NCBI GenBank assembly: GCA_051747405.1
Contig: JBNJGC010000001.1
Span: 1-44,781 of the forward strand
Reading direction: 5' to 3'
DNA from: Pseudomonadota bacterium
Lineage (GTDB): Bacteria; Pseudomonadota; Gammaproteobacteria; Thiohalomonadales; Thiohalomonadaceae
DNA: 44,781 nucleotides
The translations under genes and the position numbers were made by a program. The stretch's first letter is position 1. Each line of letters begins with the position of its first letter. Below are positions 1-8,129 of the stretch, in pieces. The notes beneath the pieces were generated by a model that was not told where the DNA came from, made no database searches, and was given only the letters and a program-made list of their open reading frames with translations.

Positions 1-132
1 CCCGGCGATCTCGGCCACGTCCAGCCCCTCCTGGTACTCGTACTGCTTGAAGCTCGGGCCCATCGCTACCCAGCTGTCGGCGTCTCGGTTGATTGCGGCG
101 CGGGAGGGGAAGTAGTCGAGGGCGGCTTCCAC
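1..132 (-). pseudogene. Open continuation of the transglutaminase-like frame downstream of an in-frame TAG; runs off the left window edge
   Basis: The reverse complement of 1-132, in the same frame as ORF 133..1239, reads VEAALDYFPSRAAINRDADSWVAMGPSFKQYEYQEGLDVAEIAG: 44 codons with no stop. Joined to the preceding ...AVRMEHV it resembles the His strand and Asp strand region of transglutaminase-like cores. Confidence 0.5.
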
Positions 133-1239
133 CTAGACGTGTTCCATGCGCACGGCGGAAATCTCGCCGCCGGACGTCAAGGCCGTAACGGGGATCCCGC
201 CGGAGGCCGCATAGTTCATGGCAGCGTTGAGGTCGTCGAAACCGCCGGCCCAGTTGCGGAAGGCGTCCGGCGGGACGTCAATGGTGCCATGGACATAGCG
301 CGCCGGAACGCCGGAGGCGCGTAGCAGCGCAATGGTCAGGCCGGCGATATCCAGGGCGTTGCCTTTAGCACTGGAGAGAGTGTCCTCGGCGCTCTGCACG
401 GCGCCCCAGCTGGGCAGCCATTCGATGTGGTTGCGCACCCAGTGGTAGATCTTGACCGGGTCGTGATTCAGTTCGGCGGCCTTATCCCGGAGCGCCGGGG
501 TGAGTGCAATCTCGGGACTTTCGCCCAGATAGGCCGGGTCGGAGGCACCGGCCAGGTTGTCAAACGTGAAGTCGCCCAACGCAGCGAGCTTGGGGAGGGG
601 GTTGCCGGCGAGACCTGCATCCCGGAACTGCTCCCGTCGGGTCTTCGGCTTGTTCTGTTCACTCGGCTGGCGGGTGTGGTGCGGCAGGGGGGCCTCGGGG
701 TCAAAGGGCTGATGTTTGCGCTCCAGTTTCATCCCTTCGAGCTGCGCCTTCAAGGTGTTAACCGCGTCGAGAAGCGCCTTCTCGTCCTCTATGTCCTCGA
801 TGCTATTCAGCGTGTCCTGTACGGCGGTCAGGGCCATCTCGAATTTGGCCACTGCCTCGTTATGGCGCTGCCCGATGACGGTGGGGAGCCCTTTATTGCG
901 GATGAGGCGTCCGGTGCGTTCAAAGCCTTGGCGAACTTTTCTGGCGAGTTGCTCAAGGTTGGCGTGCAGCCGGGCCAGCTCGGCCCGGTCGTTCGCGTGG
1001 GGCTTCGCTTCCGACAGCTTTTTTGCGAGGTGCCCGAGGCGGCTTTTTATATGCCGAACCGTGTTGGATAGCTGGCGTTCCGCGCTGATGGTCCGTCCCG
1101 GCGGTGTGTCGGGGGCGGTTCGGATTGCGGCTGCGGCGGGTGCCGTAACCAGGCCGGAAAACGTGAACACGACCACCGCCGCGGTGGTACGCATAAAGGC
1201 GCTGCAGTGGCGAAGCTGTGCCAGAACCGGTGCATTCAT
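133..1239 (-). CDS. Secreted coiled-coil / transglutaminase-like domain protein; frame ends at an in-frame TAG inside the domain
   Basis: 368-aa ORF. A purine-rich SD (GGGGAGAGAAGGG) precedes ATG 1239. There is a signal-like hydrophobic segment (TTAAVVVFTFSGLVTAPAAAA) and a long helical region. The C-terminal KGNALDIAGLTIALLRASGVPARYVHG matches the transglutaminase-core nucleophile strand (G-x-C-x-D...GIPAR) but has Ala at the Cys position. TAG lies at 133-135. Confidence 0.7.
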   Translation of the reverse strand: MNAPVLAQLRHCSAFMRTTAAVVVFTFSGLVTAPAAAAIRTAPDTPPGRTISAERQLSNTVRHIKSRLGHLAKKLSEAKPHANDRAELARLHANLEQLARKVRQGFERTGRLIRNKGLPTVIGQRHNEAVAKFEMALTAVQDTLNSIEDIEDEKALLDAVNTLKAQLEGMKLERKHQPFDPEAPLPHHTRQPSEQNKPKTRREQFRDAGLAGNPLPKLAALGDFTFDNLAGASDPAYLGESPEIALTPALRDKAAELNHDPVKIYHWVRNHIEWLPSWGAVQSAEDTLSSAKGNALDIAGLTIALLRASGVPARYVHGTIDVPPDAFRNWAGGFDDLNAAMNYAASGGIPVTALTSGGEISAVRMEHV

Positions 1240-1320
1240 TGTTTTTCCCTTCTCTCCCCTGCCCGGCTGTCGCCCTGACAGCCGGTGTTCATTGTTTCCT
1301 GCTGTTAGTGATAAGCCGCT

Positions 1321-4300
1321 TCAGTCGCCCCGAGAAGAGGACCACCAACGGTAGCCGAGCGTTCGCAAGGTGCCTGCGTTGACTAAGCGAAGTGGTGCGT
1401 AGGCTTCATCCGTAAGCCGATCGGAAGCTTCGACCAGGTAGCGGATAGCGGCGGAGCGGTCGCCGTTACTCTTCGCATCGGCCGCCTTTGCCATCCAGCG
1501 CTCAGCCTGCTCGAAGGCCGGATCTTTTCGTTCCGGCGCGTGCTCGGTAAACGCGGCCTGGAGCTCGTTGATCGAAACGACCGGCGTGACCGGGACTACC
1601 GTATGGATGGGCTCGCCGTAGGGCTCGTACGCCTCCGGCTCCCCGGTTTCAATGGAGGTGATCAACTCAACGGTATCGTCTGCTGCTGCATCGATCCGAA
1701 CCCAGGCATCAAACACCAGCTGCTGCTCCTCTTCCAGGGAGAACGGCCATTGGAGGCCAGCCTCACTGACGGTCCCGCCGCCAGCTTCCACCACCGTGAC
1801 GCCAGGCGGCAGTGCGACACTCACCCGCCCGCCGGTGGCGATCCCCTCGTTGATAAGTTGCACACGAATCGGCAATACACCACCGGGACGGACGTCATAC
1901 GTTTCGGGGTGCACATGCGCGAGGGCATCCTGCATGAAGCGCTCGATCACGCTGTCACCCGTGGTTGCTGTCTCCGCCAACCAGTCAAAGGCGGTGTAGA
2001 GGGCCTGCCCCTCACCGTAGCGGTGGTCGGTGACGGCAGGCGCTCCCGACCCGAAGCGGGCCACCACCTCCGCACCCTCCGTCTGTACGCGGATGCTGCG
2101 CGATGATGCCGCAAGAACACTCTGTCCCGGCTCGGTGATGTCCGTAAAGGTCACCATGGAGGCATTGACGCTGCCCCGGGCCGCGATGCCGAGCGGCTCG
2201 TCCAGCAGCAGGTTGCGCTGGTCGTGGTCGCCGGCAACGATCAGGCCGGCGCCCCGGTATACCGCCTCGCGCAGTTCTCTCTGGGCAACGTTGTCGAGGC
2301 GCACCTGCTCATTGAGAAGCAGATAGGTCGTATAACCGTCGCTGCGCAGTTCGCGCGTGAAAGCGTCGGCATCCGTCACGAGGGTATACGACCAGCCCCA
2401 TTGCTCCAGCAGGCCTTCAAGGCGCTCCTGCTGAACCGGTACCCCGGCCGCGCCGTTCGGGCCATGCGGGTCTCGCCCGTTCGCGGTGCCGGGCGTCCCG
2501 TCGCCGTCCAGCAGGACCAGCACGCGGCCCCTCGGCCCCTCGCCGACGCTCGCGTCGATGCGGATCGGCGGTTCCAGCAGGCGGAACGGGGCATAGTCCA
2601 GTGTGCGCCACTCACCGTCGATCTGCGCCCTGAGCACACAGGCGTGCATGCCTACCGAAAGCGCATCGGTATCGAAGCTGCTGTGGTAGGCGTCCAGCTC
2701 GCCCGCATCGATGGTCAAGCTGCGTTCGGCATGGATGACGGCGCTCCCGTCGTCAATACCGGTGCTCATGTAGCGGGTCGGAACCTCCGCCGCCATCCCG
2801 GCACCGTCGTTGCTCATTTCGAACGTGCAGGATTGCGGATCCCCTTGATACAACTCATCGTGGGCGACGGCCACCCGTCCGCTCAATGCCAAGTCGAGAC
2901 TCTCACTGACTGTAAAAGCGGTCACACTGGATGCCAGAACCGGCCCGATGCCATCGCGCAGTGTCGCCCTGGCCTGGTATTGCCCTTCCGGCGCGGCATC
3001 CAGCAGCAACTCGTCGAAGGCCAGGCCTTCACCACCGGGCTGCAGCGAGGACAGCGACAGCTCGCTTTGCAACCACTCAGCCCCGTTCGGGCCGGTTACG
3101 GTGAGGGTGACCGTAGGTGTTTCCAGAATCCGGTTGGCGGTGAGGTTCCGCGCCAGGTTCTCCAGTACCACCCGATCCGACGTGTGATAGGTGGCCCGAT
3201 CGGTGGTGAGCCGCAGCCCCGCTGCGGGTTCGCCACCCGTGTCGTGCACGATTTCGAACGGGGCGGCATCCTCCGCCACCGGTTCCCCGTCGGCCCCGAC
3301 CAGCAGCCCACGCAGCCGGTAGGGGCCGGCGAGATAGGTGCCTGTATCCCAGGTTGCAGTCACGGAGAGCTGCTCGCCAGGCGCCAAGATCACGGCATCG
3401 AAGTTGTCGAAGCTGGCGAGGGGATTCCCGGCGGTGTCCTCCACGAGGAGGACGGGCTGGAATTCGCCAAGCAAGGCGCCTTGGTTTTCAAAGTCACCGG
3501 TCAACAGCACGTCGACCGAAGCGCCGTATTGCGACGCATCGGTGGCAACATCGATGGCGCCGAGTTCGGTGCCCACCGGGCGTGAAACCCGGTTGTTCTC
3601 CCGGTTGCACCCGCCGACCGTCTGCGCCGGGTCGACAGTAGCGACCACTTCAGCCACTCCCGGGGGAAGGTCTGCCGACAAGCTGACCTCGACATGGCCG
3701 CTGGCCGTAACGGCCTCCAACGTCTTATTCTCCTGCCACAGCAGGGCGCCGTCGGCACCGAGTCCCTGCAGCCTCAATACCGTACCGATCGGGACATCGC
3801 CGGTGCCGGCGTTGCCGACTAGCAGGCTCATCGTGGCTGGCTGACCCACCCCTCCGTCGGTCACGGTCAGGGCCCCGACCGTCAGGTCCACCACGCGGAC
3901 TTCACGCTGCACCTTGCCGGCGATGCCGGCCCCGTAATCGTCGTAGTTGTCGATAGTCAGCACGAAGCCGCGCTCTCCACCGACCGGCTGCGGGAATACA
4001 ATCTGTTCGAGCAGATAGCGATCAACCCCCGAGCCGACACCAATTGCGTTCAACGTATCGATACCAGCCTCGCGGGCCCTCTCCGATGCCCGGATGGCGT
4101 AAGTGCGGCTCGAGCGACCGTCGGTGGAGACGTCGATCACCTTTATGGCACTTGAGGGAGAGGCGGAGGTAATTTGTGACACCGCCGAACTGATGCAGCT
4201 GTGGATGCTGGTGCCTCCTCCGAGCTTGCGGATGCTGCGGATTTGCTCAGCGACTTGCGCTGCGTTCTCTTCGGTAATGATGGTGGGTGGCAGCTCAACC

Positions 4301-4899
4301 CGTGTCCAACTTGAGAATTGAAGCGCGCTCAGGCGCACCGAGCCGTCGTGGGGCACGATCTCCGGATCCTCGATGGCAGCTGCAGTACCATCCAGTTGAA
4401 GCTGGAACTCGCCCCAGCTCACACTGCCGGAGGCATCCATGCACATCGCCAAATCCAGCGCCACGCTCTCTTCGGGACCGGCGCACTGTCCGGCATCCCC
4501 TGCGTAGTTATTCCCCTCGGAGAGTTCGACGCTGGTTTCGCTGCTGTCGACCCATACTCTAATCGGGGCGTCACGGAACGGCAGCGTCCCTTCGACAGGA
4601 ATGGCAAGGGACGCCTCGGAACCGACCGCGAGGTCGGACGGAAGAGTCCCTGAGCCGAGCCGGAGATCGTTTTCCGCCGAAAAGACACCATCCCCGTCAG
4701 CATCGTAAAACGCGAGCGCTGTGACGGGACCGGTTGCAGCGGCTGTGCCGTCGTTGGCGATCTGAACGGCAACTTCCCCGGAGAGAGAAAGATCCAGGGG
4801 ATCGCTGTTTGCGGCGGTCATATCCAGCGCGGCAACGATCAGGTCGGGTTTCAGTTCACTCACATTCTCCGGTCGCATTCTCAGCGAACCGAGTTGCAA
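1321..4899 (-). CDS. Very large VWA + CARDB-repeat protein; probably the C-terminal 1,192 aa of one ~1,910-aa secreted protein
   Basis: Start is TTG 4899 or ATG 4878, with no signal peptide and no good SD. A MIDAS-like DxSxS (MCMDASGSVS) sits in a VWA/DUF1194-like segment. Several CARDB-like modules are present (KPDLIV...EGNN; DLTVGALTV...GNAGTGDVP; ...NRENN). The C-terminal third resembles a class-I glutamine-amidotransferase-like/ThuA-type fold (RVLVLLDGDG...GAGLIVAGDHD). Same frame as, and contiguous with, ORF 4900..7056. Confidence 0.7.
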   Translation of the reverse strand: MQLGSLRMRPENVSELKPDLIVAALDMTAANSDPLDLSLSGEVAVQIANDGTAAATGPVTALAFYDADGDGVFSAENDLRLGSGTLPSDLAVGSEASLAIPVEGTLPFRDAPIRVWVDSSETSVELSEGNNYAGDAGQCAGPEESVALDLAMCMDASGSVSWGEFQLQLDGTAAAIEDPEIVPHDGSVRLSALQFSSWTRVELPPTIITEENAAQVAEQIRSIRKLGGGTSIHSCISSAVSQITSASPSSAIKVIDVSTDGRSSRTYAIRASERAREAGIDTLNAIGVGSGVDRYLLEQIVFPQPVGGERGFVLTIDNYDDYGAGIAGKVQREVRVVDLTVGALTVTDGGVGQPATMSLLVGNAGTGDVPIGTVLRLQGLGADGALLWQENKTLEAVTASGHVEVSLSADLPPGVAEVVATVDPAQTVGGCNRENNRVSRPVGTELGAIDVATDASQYGASVDVLLTGDFENQGALLGEFQPVLLVEDTAGNPLASFDNFDAVILAPGEQLSVTATWDTGTYLAGPYRLRGLLVGADGEPVAEDAAPFEIVHDTGGEPAAGLRLTTDRATYHTSDRVVLENLARNLTANRILETPTVTLTVTGPNGAEWLQSELSLSSLQPGGEGLAFDELLLDAAPEGQYQARATLRDGIGPVLASSVTAFTVSESLDLALSGRVAVAHDELYQGDPQSCTFEMSNDGAGMAAEVPTRYMSTGIDDGSAVIHAERSLTIDAGELDAYHSSFDTDALSVGMHACVLRAQIDGEWRTLDYAPFRLLEPPIRIDASVGEGPRGRVLVLLDGDGTPGTANGRDPHGPNGAAGVPVQQERLEGLLEQWGWSYTLVTDADAFTRELRSDGYTTYLLLNEQVRLDNVAQRELREAVYRGAGLIVAGDHDQRNLLLDEPLGIAARGSVNASMVTFTDITEPGQSVLAASSRSIRVQTEGAEVVARFGSGAPAVTDHRYGEGQALYTAFDWLAETATTGDSVIERFMQDALAHVHPETYDVRPGGVLPIRVQLINEGIATGGRVSVALPPGVTVVEAGGGTVSEAGLQWPFSLEEEQQLVFDAWVRIDAAADDTVELITSIETGEPEAYEPYGEPIHTVVPVTPVVSINELQAAFTEHAPERKDPAFEQAERWMAKAADAKSNGDRSAAIRYLVEASDRLTDEAYAPLRLVNAGTLRTLGYRWWSSSRGD

Positions 4900-7056
4900 T
4901 TAACTTCCCAGGGTAATCACCAGGCCGAGGTCTACCGGACCGTAGCCATCTTTTTGCAGGTGCAATTCGGCTTCGGTGTCGGTGATATCGTCGACGAGGA
5001 AAGCCCCGCCCGCGTCAGTCACAACGGTGGTGCTGCCACTGGCGTAACTTGCCGTCACGCTCACACCTTCGAGGGGTGATCCGGAGGTTGCATCGATGAC
5101 CGTCCCCGACAGGGAAGCCAGGTCCCGGTACCCGGCGGGGTACAAATCAACGTCACCGAAGTCGAGGAGTATGACTGAAGACACCTCAATGGCAGTCTGC
5201 CAGGGATCGAAGTCGGTCGCGACGATACTCAGTGTCGCCGCGCCGGCAGGCACGTCAGAGAGGATCGCCTCACCTTCGGTAGTGGTGGTTTCGGTTATAA
5301 CCCCAGCGCTGGTCTCCACCGTCACGGTGGCGCCCGCCACCGCCTGACCGGTGGCCGCATCGCGGACAACCACGCGCACCCCACCGGAGGCTTCCGGAGC
5401 GGGTGCTTCCGACGACTGTTCAATGAGCACTGGAGCGAAGCGGATCACCGTTGCGCTATCGGCAGTCGCTTCGCCGCTTACGGGCCAGTACCCGTCCGCC
5501 TCGGCCGTCAGCGTGTAGGTCCCTGTCGACAACCCTTCAATACGGTACGCCCCGGTTGAGTCGGTCGTTGCGTTCCAAGACTTCCCTTCGGCGTCCTGCA
5601 CATTGATAGTCGCACCGGCAAGAGGCGTGGCATCGCTGGCCCGCGTGACGGTGCCTTCCACTGAGACTTGGGTTTGCGAGACCGACAACGCCGGCGAGAA
5701 CAGCGCCATTTGTCCCGCCGTAAGGGAAGGACTGGCCGAGGCTGACCGGAAGCCGGCCTTGGAGGCAACCAGCGTGACCGTGCCGGGGGCAAGGCCTGCC
5801 AACTGGTAACGCCCCTCGGAATCGGTAACGGCTTCTGTTTCCGTGCCGCTGACCCGAACCGTCGCATCCGCCAACCCGGCACCGGTATCGGCCCGCGTGA
5901 CCTGCCCGGTAACAGTCGCAGTCTCTGTGCTCCCCGAGGCCGGCAGCATTTGCAACGCCCCCAAAGAAGCCCGGGTCCCCACCTTGAGTTGAAGGGACGC
6001 CGTCAAGGATGCATACCCCTCAAGGGCGAGTCCCAACTCGTACGTACCGGGCTCCAAATCTTCGAGATGGAACGAACCGGAACTGTCAGTCGCTGTCGAC
6101 CAGGACTGCTCCCCCGTCAGGGTCACTGAGACGCCCACCAAAGGCGCCCCGGTATCACCATCAATGACACTGCCTTCAACGACCCCCAGATCGGCGAACG
6201 GCGCATCACCGGCTGCAAGTGCCCTGAGTGCAAGGGCCGTTACGTAAACGTCCTGTCCCCAGCTACCGTCGGCGTGCTGCCAGCCGAGGAGGCGCTGCCG
6301 GGCCTCATCCAAAGAGCTCTTGTCTTGAAGGGTCGGATAGAGCGCGACAAGGGCTGCAGCCGTCTCCAACGCATTGGCGTTCCAGCCGCCCTCCTCGCCC
6401 TGGTCCGAAAGGAGAAAACTACGCGCCTCTGCGATGAGCGTCCCCACCTCAAGGTGGTGCCGCAGCGGCCAAATGGCACGGAGCACCTGCGCAGTGACAT
6501 AGGCGGATGCCGGCTGTTTCGGGTCCGCCCCCCAACCACCGCCCGGTGCCCGGCGATCGGCCAGAAAGGCCACTGCAGCGGTATATACGCGAGTATCTCC
6601 GTAACCGGAAAGCGACAGGGCTTCCAGGGCCAGGGCCGTATCCATGACGGTGGCGTTGAAGCCTGCGGTTTCACCAAATCCACCATCAAAACCCTGGTTG
6701 GCCGCCAAAACGGAGGTCAGGCTGGTAGACTCACCCCCATCCTGAACAAGCGCAACGATCTGGCGGCTAAGGCCTTCTGTGCTGTGCGCACTCTCTGCCT
6801 GAAGGTATTGCAGCGTAGCGCTAAGTTCGGTGCTCCTCACACGCCCTTGAGCAACGAGTGCCCGAACCGCTTCCGACGAAGACTGGAACGGTGTAGCGGT
6901 ATCGCCTGGAGCGGAAAAGACCCCGCCAGGCTGAAGTCGTGATAGCAACCAGTCGGTGCCGTCGGCTGTGGCCGTACCAACGAACACCAACAGACAGAAA
7001 AGGATGAACAGTCGAACAGGCACGCCAGGTCGTGTGCGGAAGGCGCTCTTTTCCAT
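4900..7056 (-). CDS. Secreted protein: signal peptide, prenyltransferase/terpenoid-cyclase-like repeats, five CarboxypepD_reg-like repeats
   Basis: N-terminal signal (RLFILFCLLVFVGTATA). Four GGW-type repeats (FDGGFGE, PGGGWGAD, EEGGWNAN, HADGSWGQD) are typical of alpha/alpha-toroid prenyltransferase-like folds. Five repeats follow the pattern G-x-V-x-D-x-x-(T/S)G-x-P-L-x-G-(A/V)-x-V...TD-x-x-G-x-(Y/F)...G-x-Y-x-L. Ends with TAA 4900-4902, inside the fifth repeat. Confidence 0.75.
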   Translation of the reverse strand: MEKSAFRTRPGVPVRLFILFCLLVFVGTATADGTDWLLSRLQPGGVFSAPGDTATPFQSSSEAVRALVAQGRVRSTELSATLQYLQAESAHSTEGLSRQIVALVQDGGESTSLTSVLAANQGFDGGFGETAGFNATVMDTALALEALSLSGYGDTRVYTAAVAFLADRRAPGGGWGADPKQPASAYVTAQVLRAIWPLRHHLEVGTLIAEARSFLLSDQGEEGGWNANALETAAALVALYPTLQDKSSLDEARQRLLGWQHADGSWGQDVYVTALALRALAAGDAPFADLGVVEGSVIDGDTGAPLVGVSVTLTGEQSWSTATDSSGSFHLEDLEPGTYELGLALEGYASLTASLQLKVGTRASLGALQMLPASGSTETATVTGQVTRADTGAGLADATVRVSGTETEAVTDSEGRYQLAGLAPGTVTLVASKAGFRSASASPSLTAGQMALFSPALSVSQTQVSVEGTVTRASDATPLAGATINVQDAEGKSWNATTDSTGAYRIEGLSTGTYTLTAEADGYWPVSGEATADSATVIRFAPVLIEQSSEAPAPEASGGVRVVVRDAATGQAVAGATVTVETSAGVITETTTTEGEAILSDVPAGAATLSIVATDFDPWQTAIEVSSVILLDFGDVDLYPAGYRDLASLSGTVIDATSGSPLEGVSVTASYASGSTTVVTDAGGAFLVDDITDTEAELHLQKDGYGPVDLGLVITLGS

Positions 7057-7116
7057 GTCATGTTTCCTTTCACGCGTCCGTACCCTTACGGACTTCCCAT
7101 ATAACGGATATGTTAA

Positions 7117-7145
7117 AAACTAATTATCCGATATTATCGGGTCAA
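7117..7145 (-). promoter_or_regulatory. Candidate sigma70 promoter for the 7056<-1 operon, with a palindrome in the spacer
   Basis: The minus strand reads TTGACC (7145-7140), a 17-nt spacer, then TAGTTT (7122-7117). The spacer contains the palindrome CCGATA-N1-TATCGG (7128-7140). This is pattern matching only. Confidence 0.25.
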
Positions 7146-7247
7146 GAGAGCCTGCAAAATTGTTACAGTATTAACATGTCACAGAAAAGTTTCGGGTAAG
7201 TGCGCAAGTAGTGCTTGTACAACAAAAGGGTTCTTTAGATCCAAGAA

Positions 7248-7257
7248 GGGGGGGGGG
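7248..7257. repeat. Homopolymeric G10 (C10 on the minus strand) tract in the rlmB / surface-operon intergenic region
   Basis: Direct count of ten consecutive G residues at 7248-7257. Confidence 0.9.
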
Positions 7258-7367
7258 AAGTACTGAACCTGCCAACAAAAAGTGTACACCTCCCTATCAG
7301 CAAGAGGCGACACAGACACCCCAGATAGCCTGTAATCACCCGTTCAGAGAGGCTACAGAAAGAACCT

Positions 7368-8129
7368 TTATCCGCAGTTAGTCCCACGACGCTGCCTAAG
7401 CGCCTCGAACAGGCAGATACCGGTGGCGACGGAGACATTGAGGCTCTGCACACTCCCGCGCATGGGGATATGTACCAACGTATCGCAATTCTCGCGGGTA
7501 AGTCGGCGCAGTCCCTTACCCTCGGCACCCAGCACCAGGGCCAGGGAGCCGGTCAGTGGGGTGTCGTAGAGGGCGCTCGCCCCCTCCTCCAACGCGGTAC
7601 CCACCACCCAGACTCCGGCCTTTTGCAGGGTCTTGAGGGTTCGGGCAAGGTTGGTTACCTGGACGAAGGGAAGCGACTCGGCAGCGCCGCTGGCCACCTT
7701 GCGCACCACCGGCGTCAGACCGCAGGCCTTGTCACGGGTGGTGATCACCGCATCCACCCCGGCGGCATCGGCACTGCGCAGGCAGGCACCCAGATTGTGC
7801 GGATCGGTCACGCTATCCAACACCAAGAGAAAAGGCGGGTGTTCGAGCTCTACCAGCAACTGCTCCAGATAGCTCTCGTTGCGTTCGGTCACGCCGGAGA
7901 CCCAGGCGGCGACGCCCTGGTGGCGTGCGCCGTCGGGGAGGCGTTCCTCCAGCTCGCTCCGGGTCACCCACTCAGGGCGTACCCCCTGGTTTTTCGCCAA
8001 TTGCGACAGCGTCTTGAGCCGCTTGTCCTTGCGCTTGATGTCGCAGCAGAGGCGCTGAATGCTGGCCGGGTTACGCTTAAGCGCCGCCTCCACGGCGTGC
8101 AGCCCAAAGATCAGACTGCTATCACTCAC
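7368..8129 (-). CDS. rlmB: 23S rRNA (guanosine-2'-O)-methyltransferase RlmB (SpoU/TrmH family)
   Basis: 253-aa ORF. N-terminal LIFGLHAVEAAL..., and SpoU motifs (LVLDSVTDPHNLGACLRSADAAG, LVLGAEGKGLR, IPMRGSVQSLNVSVA). Its GTG start overlaps the rnr stop (GTGA). Conserved rnr-rlmB synteny. Confidence 0.9.
   Translation of the reverse strand: MSDSSLIFGLHAVEAALKRNPASIQRLCCDIKRKDKRLKTLSQLAKNQGVRPEWVTRSELEERLPDGARHQGVAAWVSGVTERNESYLEQLLVELEHPPFLLVLDSVTDPHNLGACLRSADAAGVDAVITTRDKACGLTPVVRKVASGAAESLPFVQVTNLARTLKTLQKAGVWVVGTALEEGASALYDTPLTGSLALVLGAEGKGLRRLTRENCDTLVHIPMRGSVQSLNVSVATGICLFEALRQRRGTNCG

Noticed and set aside
1236-1292. 18-codon upstream ORF (MNTGCQGDSRAGERREKQ) whose TGA overlaps the ATG of the transglutaminase-like gene (ATGA). 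A duplicated GGAAA(AA)CAATGAA initiation context flanks the hairpin at 1263-1285.
   Set aside because: It is short, has a weak SD and cannot be tested for conservation here. It could easily be chance in an 81-bp spacer. I note it only as a possibility.
1321-1335. An RGD motif at the extreme C-terminus of the giant protein (...SSRGD), and a second RGD in the VWA linker (GGRGDAEK, about 38.2 kb), considered as possible integrin-binding signals.
   Set aside because: A tripeptide is expected by chance in proteins of this size and composition, and there is no supporting context.
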